In this document: one piece after another, positions 1 to 9,071 of the stretch
Layout of the letters: every line of letters begins with the position of its first letter
Position numbering within the stretch: the first letter of the stretch is position 1
IMG/VR virus record: IMGVR_UViG_2840619991_000006
Coordinates: 52,160 to 116,159 of that record
Direction: 5' to 3' (one strand)
Origin: a virus
Lineage: Duplodnaviria; Caudoviricetes
DNA: 64,000 nucleotides
Notes under the pieces: model-generated
The model's database searches: none
What the model saw: only the letters and a program-made list of their open reading frames with translations
What the model was told of the DNA's origin: nothing
Made by a program: the position numbers and the translations under genes

Positions 1-1
1 G

Positions 2-862
2 TGCGACTGCCCGGCCTGCCACGGCGAATCCTGCCGGACCTGTGAAGGCAACGGAACCGTCTACGCCGACTATCTCAGGCGGGAAGCGCTACGCGTCCTG
101 CTGAGTGAGAACGCCAGCCACACCGGGCCGTTCCCGGAGATGCGCTGGTCCGGCGAGCGATGGTGCCCAGGCTTTATCAACGAGGACGCCCTGCTCAGCC
201 AAGCCGCCTTGGACTGGCTGCGCCTCATGAACTGGAGCAGCGGTCTCTACAGCGACATGTTCTCCCAATGGTTCTATCTGGACGCCGAGGCAAAGGACGT
301 CGCTGCCGCGGTGCTGAAGCCGACCGAAACCGCCGATCTCGTCCGCATGTGGCTGGCCGGCGAGCCTTGGAAACCTGCAAAGCGGTCCGGCCAGTTCTAC
401 GAGCACGAGCGGGAGAAGTTCGAGGAGGCCGCCGCCTTCCACCGGTGCCGGTTCCGGGGCTGGATCGCACACGACTATCGCAGCGGGAACTACTTCTGGA
501 CCGAGGACGGCAGGGAAGCTATCGCGGGGTGGGACGGTGCCGAAATCCGCCTCTCACGTCCTCGGATTGAGGAGCCGACACGGGACCTTCGGGCCATGGA
601 ACGGATGTCCCGCGCCCGCCGGGGTGTGTGGAAGGCCGAAGCAGCGGTGATCCGGAGCGCTGACCGGATTGAGGCAGCGCAAGCCCGGCTCGATGCCGCC
701 ATGGACCGCGGCGACAACGACGAGGCGGCTCGGTGGCGCCGGCGGGTGGACGCCGAGGTGGGCAGCCTCTTCAGCGGCTACGCCGTAGAATCTCGGTGGC
801 TCGACCGGCAGCGGCAGGAACTCGCTTGGGCGCTTGCCGCGGCGGAGGGACGTCATGGCTGA
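2..862 (+). CDS. Hypothetical phage protein, 5'-truncated by the window edge, with N-terminal CxxC zinc-ribbon motifs
   Basis: The frame of ORF 140..862 is open from base 2 (CDCPACHGESCRTCEGNG). Its stop overlaps the next start. Confidence 0.6.
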   Translation, partial: CDCPACHGESCRTCEGNGTVYADYLRREALRVLLSENASHTGPFPEMRWSGERWCPGFINEDALLSQAALDWLRLMNWSSGLYSDMFSQWFYLDAEAKDVAAAVLKPTETADLVRMWLAGEPWKPAKRSGQFYEHEREKFEEAAAFHRCRFRGWIAHDYRSGNYFWTEDGREAIAGWDGAEIRLSRPRIEEPTRDLRAMERMSRARRGVWKAEAAVIRSADRIEAAQARLDAAMDRGDNDEAARWRRRVDAEVGSLFSGYAVESRWLDRQRQELAWALAAAEGRHG

Positions 863-1298
863 GCCAGCAACCCCCACCCACGTCATCCTGCCAGCGGCAT
901 CGCTCTGGACAATCCTTCACCACGCCGAAAAGGAGCATGAACGGCTCTCGACTTGGCTGGAGCTGGGCGCCCATCCGTCGTTCGGTCAGGATGCCACGGA
1001 TCTGGCCACCGCGATCACGCTGGCCGTCCGGACGCTCACCCATGGGCCGGGCGGTTCCTCCATCGCCCTGCCCGTCCTGACCGCCGCCACGCTGCGCTAC
1101 TACGCGACGCGCGAAATCGCCCGGCTCGTCGGCATGGGGGCTTGGTTCGCCGACGCCGACCTCGACCGACAGGCTGCCGAACTGAAGGAGGCCCTGGGCA
1201 AGATCCCCTACACGCTTCGGAAGGAGGAGGCCCCGGTGGTCCCCCCCTCTGCGGCCATACACACCGCTGCATCGCGAGGGGAGGCCGCCCATGGGTGA
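855..1298 (+). CDS. Hypothetical phage protein
   Basis: ATG at 855 after GGAGGG; overlaps both neighbours in a tightly packed operon. Confidence 0.6.
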   Translation: MAEPATPTHVILPAASLWTILHHAEKEHERLSTWLELGAHPSFGQDATDLATAITLAVRTLTHGPGGSSIALPVLTAATLRYYATREIARLVGMGAWFADADLDRQAAELKEALGKIPYTLRKEEAPVVPPSAAIHTAASRGEAAHG

Positions 1299-1698
1299 GA
1301 TCGCCGACATGATGCTGGACGGCACCCTGTGCGAAGGATGCGGCGAGTTGATCGACGACGGCGACGGTGACGGCTTCCCGCGCCGCTGCGCCGACTGCGG
1401 TGGTGGTGCCGATCGTCCCCACCGGCGCCGGTCGGAACGGGCTTCCCCGGGTGATGGCCGCGACGTCCTCGACCGCGCCGCCCGTGCCTATCTCTCCACC
1501 ATCGCCGCCACCAGCGACGGCCTGAAGGTCCGGTCCTCTGCCTGGAACGACCCCCGGTTCCAGGCCTGCCAGGAGGCCGGATACGTCAGCTACCAGAAGA
1601 TCAGCAACCGCTCCCGCGTGATCCGCGTGACGCCCGAAGGCGTCGCCTATCTGGCCGCAACGCGGCGCACCCGCTCCAGGAGTCTGGCCCATGCCTGA
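1291..1698 (+). CDS. Hypothetical phage protein with zinc-ribbon N-terminus
   Basis: MGEIADMMLDGTLCEGCG...CADC motif typical of small phage early proteins; GGAGG RBS. Confidence 0.65.
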   Translation: MGEIADMMLDGTLCEGCGELIDDGDGDGFPRRCADCGGGADRPHRRRSERASPGDGRDVLDRAARAYLSTIAATSDGLKVRSSAWNDPRFQACQEAGYVSYQKISNRSRVIRVTPEGVAYLAATRRTRSRSLAHA

Positions 1699-2038
1699 AC
1701 CGGTTCTCGCCCTGCCCTACTGCGGCCCCTCTCACCACCTGGACGTTCTGGAACGCCTCGTGACGCGGCAGACCTGCCTCATGGGCTGGTCCTGGCCGGA
1801 CCTGCCGAACGATCACCGCAACGCGCTCCTCGAGGAAGCCAATCATCTCCTGACCCACGCTCTCCGGGAGCTTAACCGCGACCTGCTGGTCGCCGAACTG
1901 AAGATATTCGGCTTCGACAACGTTGCCTCGATCCCCGAGTTGAACAGCGTTGAACACTGGATCGGCACTCTCCTGGAAATGGCCCGCGAACAGGCGTTCA
2001 AGCTGTCCAGCTACCAACGCAAAATCGAGGGGAGATAG
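1691..2038 (+). CDS. Hypothetical protein
   Basis: Overlapping start/stop coupling; protein-like composition. Confidence 0.55.
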   Translation: MPEPVLALPYCGPSHHLDVLERLVTRQTCLMGWSWPDLPNDHRNALLEEANHLLTHALRELNRDLLVAELKIFGFDNVASIPELNSVEHWIGTLLEMAREQAFKLSSYQRKIEGR

Positions 2039-2043
2039 CGCCG

Positions 2044-2571
2044 GTGACCGACGCTGCCGCCCTGCCCCGCCGCGCGATCTCCGCCATTCCCACCATGCCG
2101 AACCGGGCGGCTCGCGCCTCCGTGGCTATGGAGTGCCGGCTCGCGCCTGAAGGCATCCGCCAGAACGGCGACGGCGGTTTCCGCGTGGCGCTCGACTTCC
2201 ACCCGCTCGACCGGCCCGACCTGTTCTTGAACGCTTCCGCTGGCGCCTCGTTCATGCTGGTCGCCGTTGAGCTGGATGACGACGGCGAACCCAAGCCGCC
2301 GGTCTTCATCGGGCGGCCCGGCCAGAACTGGGACGAGATGAAGCCCGCGGCGCAGGCCGCTATGCGGTGCCGCGACGCTGAATTTCGCCGCTTTCTCACC
2401 CGCTGGGCCGGTGAGCCCATCGAGACGGTCGAGGATGCCTCCGATGCCGTCTGCCTGCACTGCGGTGTCAATCGCAAGCGCCAGATCACACCCCGCTCAC
2501 AGGCCGCCAGCCTGTGGGCCGAACTCGATTCCACCTTCCGATATTGGCAACTCCGAGGAGACCTGCCGTGA
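2044..2571 (+). CDS. Hypothetical phage protein
   Basis: GGGGAG RBS, GTG start, coupled to next gene. Confidence 0.55.
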   Translation: MTDAAALPRRAISAIPTMPNRAARASVAMECRLAPEGIRQNGDGGFRVALDFHPLDRPDLFLNASAGASFMLVAVELDDDGEPKPPVFIGRPGQNWDEMKPAAQAAMRCRDAEFRRFLTRWAGEPIETVEDASDAVCLHCGVNRKRQITPRSQAASLWAELDSTFRYWQLRGDLP

Positions 2572-3071
2572 TTGTTTCGAATGTACCGAACTGCGCGAAG
2601 AACCCCGAACTGACGGCGCTCAAGAAAGCCTTGGTCGAGGTGCGCAGCGCCCATTTCACGGGGCTGAAACTGTCCAGGATCGTCGCCTATGCCTTGGGCG
2701 ACGGAGATGCCACCAGCCGCAGCACCTTTGAAAGCTATGGGCCCAGCATGACCAAGCCCGGCGAGAGGAAGCCGGTGTCGGGATGGCTTCCCAGCGCACA
2801 GTATGCGGAGCGAGTCGACGATGCGTCCGCGGCCCTGCCGAAGCCGAAGACCAAGGAGGCCCCCGCTTCCGAGCGCTGGGCCATCATGAGCGGTGTCCGG
2901 CCCGATGGCCGGGCGTTCGCCAAGGCCTGGAAGGAAGGCGCCGACGCCGTGACGATCAACGTCACCAAGGCCCACAACGAGGTGCACGCCCGGCTGGACG
3001 CCGCGCTCCAGGCGCAGATTTGGGAGCTGGAGCGGCGCGCCGCGGCACAGGAGGCGACATGCGCCGCATAG
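2568..3071 (+). CDS. Hypothetical phage protein
   Basis: GTG at 2568 after GAGGAG, overlapping the previous stop (GTGA). Confidence 0.55.
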   Translation: MIVSNVPNCAKNPELTALKKALVEVRSAHFTGLKLSRIVAYALGDGDATSRSTFESYGPSMTKPGERKPVSGWLPSAQYAERVDDASAALPKPKTKEAPASERWAIMSGVRPDGRAFAKAWKEGADAVTINVTKAHNEVHARLDAALQAQIWELERRAAAQEATCAA

Positions 3072-3248
3072 CCGAGGCCGGCGAGCCGGGCAGGGCGGCG
3101 ATGGGGCAGGCGCCCTGCCCACCCGTTTCGGCCGCAGTGCATAACCCCGCCCTGATCCCGCGCCGCCTCACCCTCTTCGAGCGCCTCTACGCTCACCGGG
3201 ACATCCCCGGCCAAACCGAAATCATCCCGCCCTTCCTGGAGCACTGAA

Positions 3249-3473
3249 ATGCGCTTCCCGATCCTTTCGGCCCGCCCGGTGACGGCGGGCAACACCCGAG
3301 CTTTGCCCTTGATGGCCGACATGCTGCGCCAGCAGGCGGACCTTCTCGACCAGGATGGCGACAGCCGGACCGCCAATGCCGCCCGTGCCCGCGCCGGTCG
3401 ACTCACGCTTGAGGCGGCGGAGGCCAGCATCCGCTCCGGCGCCGCCGTCATCGGGAGCGCCGGCCATGCGTGA
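3249..3473 (+). CDS. Small hypothetical protein
   Basis: GGAG RBS; in operon series. Confidence 0.45.
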   Translation: MRFPILSARPVTAGNTRALPLMADMLRQQADLLDQDGDSRTANAARARAGRLTLEAAEASIRSGAAVIGSAGHA

Positions 3474-3654
3474 CGCCCTCGCTTGCCTGCCTCGCCTCCT
3501 GATCGGCTGGCCCCTGTTCGCCATTGGGTATGTCGCCTGCTGGCTCTCCCACCCCGTCAAGGCGGGCTATCGCTCCGCCGAATCCCACATCGCCGGCGCC
3601 GACGCTGACCGCGCGAACCGGCTGGTCACCATCTCCGGAGAAATCGTCCCATGA
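3466..3654 (+). CDS. Small putative membrane protein
   Basis: ATG 3466; hydrophobic stretch LLIGWPLFAIGYVACWL; ATGA coupling with next gene. Confidence 0.45.
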   Translation: MRDALACLPRLLIGWPLFAIGYVACWLSHPVKAGYRSAESHIAGADADRANRLVTISGEIVP

Positions 3655-3932
3655 GCCACCCGGCCCGCACCCTTCCGCCGCTTGCCTCCCCCGGCATCAC
3701 GGCGCCGCCGCCGGTCCACATCGAGATCGCGCCGGAAGAAATCGCCAGCGTGACCGTCTCGGATGCGCTGTCCGCCCTCGACCTCGTCATCCATGAGGCC
3801 CGCGTCGTCGTCAGCAACCCGACCCGCTACGAGGGAAGTGCCGAGCGGCAGCAGCGCCTTCACCAGCAGGATCGCCGCCATCTGGTTCGGCTTCTGGCCG
3901 TGCGCGACCTCATAGCCGGGCAGGGGGCGTGA
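3651..3932 (+). CDS. Hypothetical protein
   Basis: ATGA overlap, GGAG RBS. Confidence 0.5.
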   Translation: MSHPARTLPPLASPGITAPPPVHIEIAPEEIASVTVSDALSALDLVIHEARVVVSNPTRYEGSAERQQRLHQQDRRHLVRLLAVRDLIAGQGA

Positions 3933-3935
3933 ACG

Positions 3936-6152
3936 ATGCTGACCGAATATAGGGAAGTCCGCCATTTCCACGTCTGCGGCGGCATCGGCGGGGGCGTGAA
4001 GGGCTTCAACCGAGGCACCGCCCGCGTCGGCAACATGGAGGCTGTCTTCCGCTGCGTTGGCTCGGTGGACGTCGATCCCGTCGCCACGGCCTCGCTGGAA
4101 AGGGTGACCGGCGTGAAGGGCACCGTGCTGGACCTGTTCGACCGGCGTCAGTACATCGCCTTCCATGGGAAGGAGCCGCCGGCGGATTGGCGCCCGGCAA
4201 CGGCGGAGGATTTCCGCCGCGCCGCCGGCAACGAGCGCCCGCACATCGTCTTCATGTCCACCCCCTGCAAGGGGAACAGCGGTCTCATCTCCACCAAGAC
4301 GGCGCAGGCGCCGAAGTACATCGCGCTCAACGAGCTGGCGCTGCGGGCTGTCTTCCTGACGTTGGAAGCTTGGGGCGACGATCCGAACGAACTGATCCTG
4401 TTCGAGAACGTGCCCCGCATCGCCCAACGCAGCCGCGGGCTGCTCGACAAGATCATCAAGATGCTGCACCGCTACGGCTATGCCGTCGCCGAGACCGCCC
4501 ACGACTGCGGCGAAATCGGCGGGCTGGCGCAGAGCCGCAAGCGGTTCCTCATGGTGGCCCGCCACATGGCGAAGGTGCCGCCGTTCCTCTACGAACCGCC
4601 GAAGCGCCGCCTGCGCGGGGTCGGCGAGGTGCTGGAGCGCCTGCCCCTGCCCGGCGATCCGCTGGCCGGGCCGATGCATCGGGTGCCGTCCCTGCATTGG
4701 AAGACGTGGGTGCGGCTGGCCTTCGTGGAAGCCGGTTCGGACTGGCGGTCGCTGAACCGGCTGCGCGTCGAGGACGGCGTGCTGGCCGACTATGGGATCG
4801 TGCCCGCGGGCCGGTGGCGGGACGACATCCTCGGCGTGCTGCCGTGGCATGGGACTGCACCGACCATCACCGGGAATGCCGGCCCGACCACCGGGCGGTT
4901 CAGCGTGGCCGATCCGCGCGCCACCAGCACCCGCGAAGGCACCGGCTATCTCGGGGTGCAGGATTGGGCGCGCCCGTCCGGCACTGTCACCGGCAATGCA
5001 CGCCCCGGGGCGGGAGCCTTCAGCGTGGCGGACCCACGGCATCCCGAAGGCGCCGACCAGTACGGCCAATACGGCGTTCGCACCTGGGACCAGCCGACCG
5101 GCGCCATCATCAACGTGAAGTCACCTGGGCAGGGGCCGCATTCCGTCGCCGATCCGCGCTACGACGAGCGGGGGCGGTTCAACAACGTCTACCGCGTCGT
5201 CCGGTTCGACGAACCCTGCGCAACGATCACCGCCGGGCAGGGGCCGACCTCCGGCGGCATGGCGGTTGCCGACCCCCGCGCGCCCGTTGGGAGCCACACC
5301 AGCAAGTATCGGGTGACCGGCTTCGATGAACACGCCGGGACTGTGATCGCGGCCAGCACCACCGGCCAGGGAGCCTTTTCTGTTGCCGACCCACGGTGCC
5401 AGTGGAACCCGAACGCCCACACCAGCAAGCTCCGGGTGATCCCCTACGGCGACCCGTCCTCAACCATCACCGGGAGCGCGTCATCCTCCCACGGCTTCAC
5501 GTCGGGCGCCCTGTCGGTGGCGGACCCACGTTGCTCGACCGACCGCCGGAACGGAGCGCTGGGGGTGCGGACCTGGGACGAGGCCGCCGGTGCCGTGGCG
5601 GGCGAGTCCCTGCCACCCAACGGGGCCTTCTCGGTCGCCGATCCCCGGCCGGACTGCTTCCGGGATGGGAAGGAGGCCTACACGACGGGCGGGCATTACG
5701 GCGTGCTGGGATGGGATGAAACCAGCGGAGCCGTGACAGGCCACCCGAAGAACAACAACGGCCGTTGGTCCGTTGCGGACCCGCGGGAAGCCGCTGGGGA
5801 GCCGGTCATCGGTCTGCCTGCCCCGGACCAGAAGATGGTGGCGGTCATCCAGGCCACCGACGGGACGTGGCATCGCCCGTTCACGACGCTGGAACTGGCA
5901 GCGCTCCAGAGCCTCGTGGATCTCGACAACCCCTGCCTGACGCTCGCCGGCAGCAGCGATGCGGCTTGGCGCGAGCACATCGGGAACATGGTCCCGCCCG
6001 ATGCCGCCGCGGCCATGGCGTCGGTGATGGGGCGCACGCTTCTGCTCGCCTGGTCTGGTGAGAGCTTCATGCTCAGTAGCGACCCGATCTGGGTCCAGCC
6101 GCTGACCATCGCGCTTGCCGTCGACACCAGCAGCCAGATCGCGGCGGAGTGA
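3936..6152 (+). CDS. Phage DNA (cytosine-5)-methyltransferase with 8 internal ~40-aa repeats
   Basis: Motif I-like CGGIGG, catalytic PCKG, ENV, QSRKR and C-terminal IGNMVPP; eight xxVADPR repeats. Confidence 0.88.
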   Translation: MLTEYREVRHFHVCGGIGGGVKGFNRGTARVGNMEAVFRCVGSVDVDPVATASLERVTGVKGTVLDLFDRRQYIAFHGKEPPADWRPATAEDFRRAAGNERPHIVFMSTPCKGNSGLISTKTAQAPKYIALNELALRAVFLTLEAWGDDPNELILFENVPRIAQRSRGLLDKIIKMLHRYGYAVAETAHDCGEIGGLAQSRKRFLMVARHMAKVPPFLYEPPKRRLRGVGEVLERLPLPGDPLAGPMHRVPSLHWKTWVRLAFVEAGSDWRSLNRLRVEDGVLADYGIVPAGRWRDDILGVLPWHGTAPTITGNAGPTTGRFSVADPRATSTREGTGYLGVQDWARPSGTVTGNARPGAGAFSVADPRHPEGADQYGQYGVRTWDQPTGAIINVKSPGQGPHSVADPRYDERGRFNNVYRVVRFDEPCATITAGQGPTSGGMAVADPRAPVGSHTSKYRVTGFDEHAGTVIAASTTGQGAFSVADPRCQWNPNAHTSKLRVIPYGDPSSTITGSASSSHGFTSGALSVADPRCSTDRRNGALGVRTWDEAAGAVAGESLPPNGAFSVADPRPDCFRDGKEAYTTGGHYGVLGWDETSGAVTGHPKNNNGRWSVADPREAAGEPVIGLPAPDQKMVAVIQATDGTWHRPFTTLELAALQSLVDLDNPCLTLAGSSDAAWREHIGNMVPPDAAAAMASVMGRTLLLAWSGESFMLSSDPIWVQPLTIALAVDTSSQIAAE

Positions 6153-6158
6153 CCGGCC

Positions 6159-6518
6159 ATGCATTCGACCGATCCCTTCATCCTCTCTGACGGCACTGAG
6201 CTTCCCGCTCCCACATCAACACGCCATGGCCGGAGCTGGGCATGGGCTGGTGGCGGCTACGGCTCGTGCTCGATCACCGAACACCGGCATGGCCAGGCCC
6301 TGCTGCGGCTGGTCGCCAGCCTGCGCGATCCGCCCGACCACCCGGCCGAGCCGGGTTCCTACGACGAAGATGCTCGGCGGGGGAGGGCGGCCGACTTCCT
6401 CGGCCGTCTCATTGCCCATCGCATGGCCGAGGGCTGGCGGCTCATCTCCGCCGATGCGCTATCTGCCACGCTGGTGGCGAGCATGGCACGGCCTTCAGGC
6501 CAGGGGAGGGCAGAGTGA
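6159..6518 (+). CDS. Hypothetical protein
   Basis: ORF in operon series. Confidence 0.45.
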   Translation: MHSTDPFILSDGTELPAPTSTRHGRSWAWAGGGYGSCSITEHRHGQALLRLVASLRDPPDHPAEPGSYDEDARRGRAADFLGRLIAHRMAEGWRLISADALSATLVASMARPSGQGRAE

Positions 6519-6832
6519 GCCGGTCCGTGACAGTCACCAACATCGGCGCCGCTCCCAGCGGCGCTACCATCCCGCCGCCGTATCACTACCAGCGGCTCGA
6601 CGCCTACCAGAGCCGTTTTGCCGAGATCGAAGAGGATTTCCGGGCCGGACGCATCACCCCACAGGAGAGGCGGACCAGGATGGAGCAGGCCCGCGATCAA
6701 TCCGGCATCACCAACGCGGCGCCACCAACCGAATACCGGGTGCCGAAGGCGGCCCACATGACGGAGCTGGAATACTGCAACAAGCGGCGAAACGTCGATC
6801 TGCGATCCCGCTCCCGCCGGCAGGCTGCATGA
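6515..6832 (+). CDS. Hypothetical protein
   Basis: GTG at 6515 overlapping previous stop; GGGAGG upstream. Confidence 0.45.
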   Translation: MSRSVTVTNIGAAPSGATIPPPYHYQRLDAYQSRFAEIEEDFRAGRITPQERRTRMEQARDQSGITNAAPPTEYRVPKAAHMTELEYCNKRRNVDLRSRSRRQAA

Positions 6833-6864
6833 GCCCACCACCCAACTCGAAGGAATCGGCCGAC

Positions 6865-7512
6865 ATGACCATCAGCAGCCTGCGCACCCCAGAGTTCATC
6901 ACCTTCACCGGCCTGGACGCCAGAACGGACCTTGCTCGCGCGCTCCACATCGCCACGGTTTACCCCGTGGAGTTCGGCGTGCTGTTCAGTGGGACCCGGC
7001 AGGGCAGGGAGCCTCGGTATCCTGATCGGAAGACGATCACGCACATCGCATGCGCAGGACTCCCTCGGCTCGCTGCGCACGTCTGTGGTGGGTATGCTTG
7101 GCGGATCAACACCAACACTCCGACCGGACTCAATCTGACCCCGTTCCGGCGGGTGCAGGTCAACCACCCGTCACCAGACGCTGGGGCGATTGCCCGCGAG
7201 ATGGAAGAGTGGGGTAGGCCGCGAGGCGTCGCCCAGACTCGTGACCTGGAGTTCCCAGCCAGCACGATGGTCGACTGGCTGTTCGACCGCTCGGCCGGGG
7301 AGGGGAAGGCGCCGGAAGAATGGCCGCAGCACCCCGGCGGCGACCGGCTGGTCGGCTATGCCGGCGGGATCGGCCCCGGCAACGTGGGCGATGTGCTGAG
7401 GAAGATCGCCGCCACGGGGCCGTACTGGATTGACATGGAAAGCGGGGTCCGCACCGACGACTGGCTGGACCTGGACAAAGTCGAGGCGGTGTGTCGGGCG
7501 TTTTACCGGTAG
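6865..7512 (+). CDS. Phosphoribosylanthranilate isomerase (TrpF)-like TIM-barrel protein, phage type
   Basis: ITFTGLD, EFGVLFS, LFDRSAGEG, GYAGGIGPGNV, WIDMESGVR motifs; ATG 6865 after AAGGAA. Confidence 0.75.
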   Translation: MTISSLRTPEFITFTGLDARTDLARALHIATVYPVEFGVLFSGTRQGREPRYPDRKTITHIACAGLPRLAAHVCGGYAWRINTNTPTGLNLTPFRRVQVNHPSPDAGAIAREMEEWGRPRGVAQTRDLEFPASTMVDWLFDRSAGEGKAPEEWPQHPGGDRLVGYAGGIGPGNVGDVLRKIAATGPYWIDMESGVRTDDWLDLDKVEAVCRAFYR

Positions 7513-7530
7513 GGCAGGGCGGAAAGGGGA

Positions 7531-7568
7531 GGGGCTGGAGCATCACCGGTTGGATGCGCTCCAGCCCC
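7531..7568. terminator. GC-rich hairpin between convergent genes
   Basis: GGGGCTGGAGC ... GCTCCAGCCCC inverted repeat. Confidence 0.5.
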
Positions 7569-7577
7569 ACGGCTCCG

Positions 7578-7619
7578 GTTTAATCGATTAAACTCCGGCC
7601 CGGTTTAATTGATTAAACC
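7578..7619. promoter_or_regulatory. Two 16-18 bp palindromes, candidate parS centromere
   Basis: GTTTAATCGATTAAAC (7578-7593) and GGTTTAATTGATTAAACC (7602-7619) at the 3' end of the parA operon. Confidence 0.6.
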
Positions 7620-8288
7620 AGCAAGCTCATCGTCGATTTTCTGGATCTCCAGAAGCAGCTTCGCGCGTCGCGCTTCCAGTTCCGCACGGCGCGTGGCATT
7701 CGACGGCGCTGGACCGCGCAAGGCCTTCCAGAACTGCCGAACCTCGGACTGCCGAACGTCCGGGCGCAGCAGACCGCGCTCGGCCGCCTGCCGGCGTTCT
7801 TCATCTGATAGCCGGGCCAGCATGTAGACCGTGCCGTAACCTGCCGCAGCCACCTCCACCGGCACCACGTTGTCGCGGATCGCGCGATAGGCGCTCATGA
7901 GCTGGGAACGGGCCGACTTCCCGAAGCGACGGTTCAGTCCATCGTACAGCGCCGCCCGGTCCTCCTCGCTCAGTCGGGTTTCTGCGATGGACAGCAGCTC
8001 TCCGATCCGAAGGAACCGCTGCTGAGCGTCTTCCCACAGTTCCGAGATCCGGTTGATGAACTCGTCAACGGTCTGCGGAATCCGTCCCTCCGGAAGGGGA
8101 GGGAACACGTCGCCGTCCAACGCTTCGACCATCGGCGGGGGAGGGGGCTCGACCGGCGCGGCGACGGTGTTCATCACCGTTGTCAGGTAGGCCGATTGAG
8201 CCAGGGAGGGCGGGGCCTCCTTCGGCTTCCGAGCCCGTGGCTTCCGCACCACCTCGAAGTCCTTGCCGGCGACCTTCTCTTTAGCCAC
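7605..8288 (-). CDS. ParA partner protein, candidate non-canonical centromere-binding protein
   Basis: Overlaps the parA stop; basic N-terminal tail, helical core, C-terminal coiled coil; no clear ParB GxRR motif. Confidence 0.6.
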   Translation of the reverse strand: MAKEKVAGKDFEVVRKPRARKPKEAPPSLAQSAYLTTVMNTVAAPVEPPPPPMVEALDGDVFPPLPEGRIPQTVDEFINRISELWEDAQQRFLRIGELLSIAETRLSEEDRAALYDGLNRRFGKSARSQLMSAYRAIRDNVVPVEVAAAGYGTVYMLARLSDEERRQAAERGLLRPDVRQSEVRQFWKALRGPAPSNATRRAELEARRAKLLLEIQKIDDELAGLIN

Positions 8289-8925
8289 GGAAGGTCTCCA
8301 GCAGGGCGAGGGCCTCGGCGCCGATGGCTTCGATGTCGTCGGCCATGGCGGAGTAGGGCGCCGGCTTCTGCGCGAAGCTGGCGTGGTTGATCGAAGCCTT
8401 CAGCCCGAGATCCGCCTTCAATGTCGGGATCGACAAGCCTTCGAGTTGCTTCCGGGCGATCTGGTCCACCGAGGCCCGGCGATCAACCTGCGACAGGACG
8501 GCGGCCGCGGGGATATGCGCCTTCGGGGAGAACCGCCGTGCCTTCGTGATCGCGTTCACGACGTGCTGATAGGTGCGGAACGCCTCCACGACATCCTTCG
8601 CGTCGGCCTTGGTCGGGATCAGCACCAGCGACGAGATGTCGATCGCATTGACCAGCGCCGTGCTGTTGGCGCCGGGGACATCGACCAACACGAAGTCGTG
8701 GCTGGCGGAGACCTCATTCGCGACCTGAACCAGATCATCGGCCTGGACGATCCGGAACTCGACCATCCCGGTTGCGGCGAGCCACCCGCTCAGGTTCTTG
8801 TTCGGGTCGGCATCGATGCAGAAGACAGACGCCCCCCGGCGCTTGAGAAATTCGGCAAGCGCGTTGACAAGCGTGGTCTTGCCGACGCCGCCCTTGCTGC
8901 TGCCAACAGTGATGATTCGGCCCAT
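8281..8925 (-). CDS. parA: ParA family partition ATPase (short type)
   Basis: Deviant Walker A SKGGVGKTT, IDADPN, VLVDVPG; ATG at 8925. Confidence 0.92.
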   Translation of the reverse strand: MGRIITVGSSKGGVGKTTLVNALAEFLKRRGASVFCIDADPNKNLSGWLAATGMVEFRIVQADDLVQVANEVSASHDFVLVDVPGANSTALVNAIDISSLVLIPTKADAKDVVEAFRTYQHVVNAITKARRFSPKAHIPAAAVLSQVDRRASVDQIARKQLEGLSIPTLKADLGLKASINHASFAQKPAPYSAMADDIEAIGAEALALLETFRG

Positions 8926-9032
8926 TCCAACCTCTGCCGGTTTGGCCGGACGTCGCGTGAAAGGTCGCGATCGGTACCGGTGAAATTCGGCTGAGGGTGC
9001 GCGATAGGGGAGGGCGGCGTCAAGAAGCGATG

Positions 9033-9070
9033 GGTGTGGGGTTAGGCGACCGGTCGCTTTACCCCACACC
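9033..9070. repeat. Pair of iteron copies in inverted orientation (38-bp imperfect palindrome) between repA and parA
   Basis: GGTGTGGGGTTAGGCGACC/GGTCGCTTTACCCCACACC; same motif as the upstream iterons. Confidence 0.75.
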
Positions 9071-9071
9071 G

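Noticed and set aside
9033-9070. Protelomerase telRL site of a linear phage-plasmid
   Set aside because: The arms are the iteron sequence, and no protelomerase gene is visible in the window
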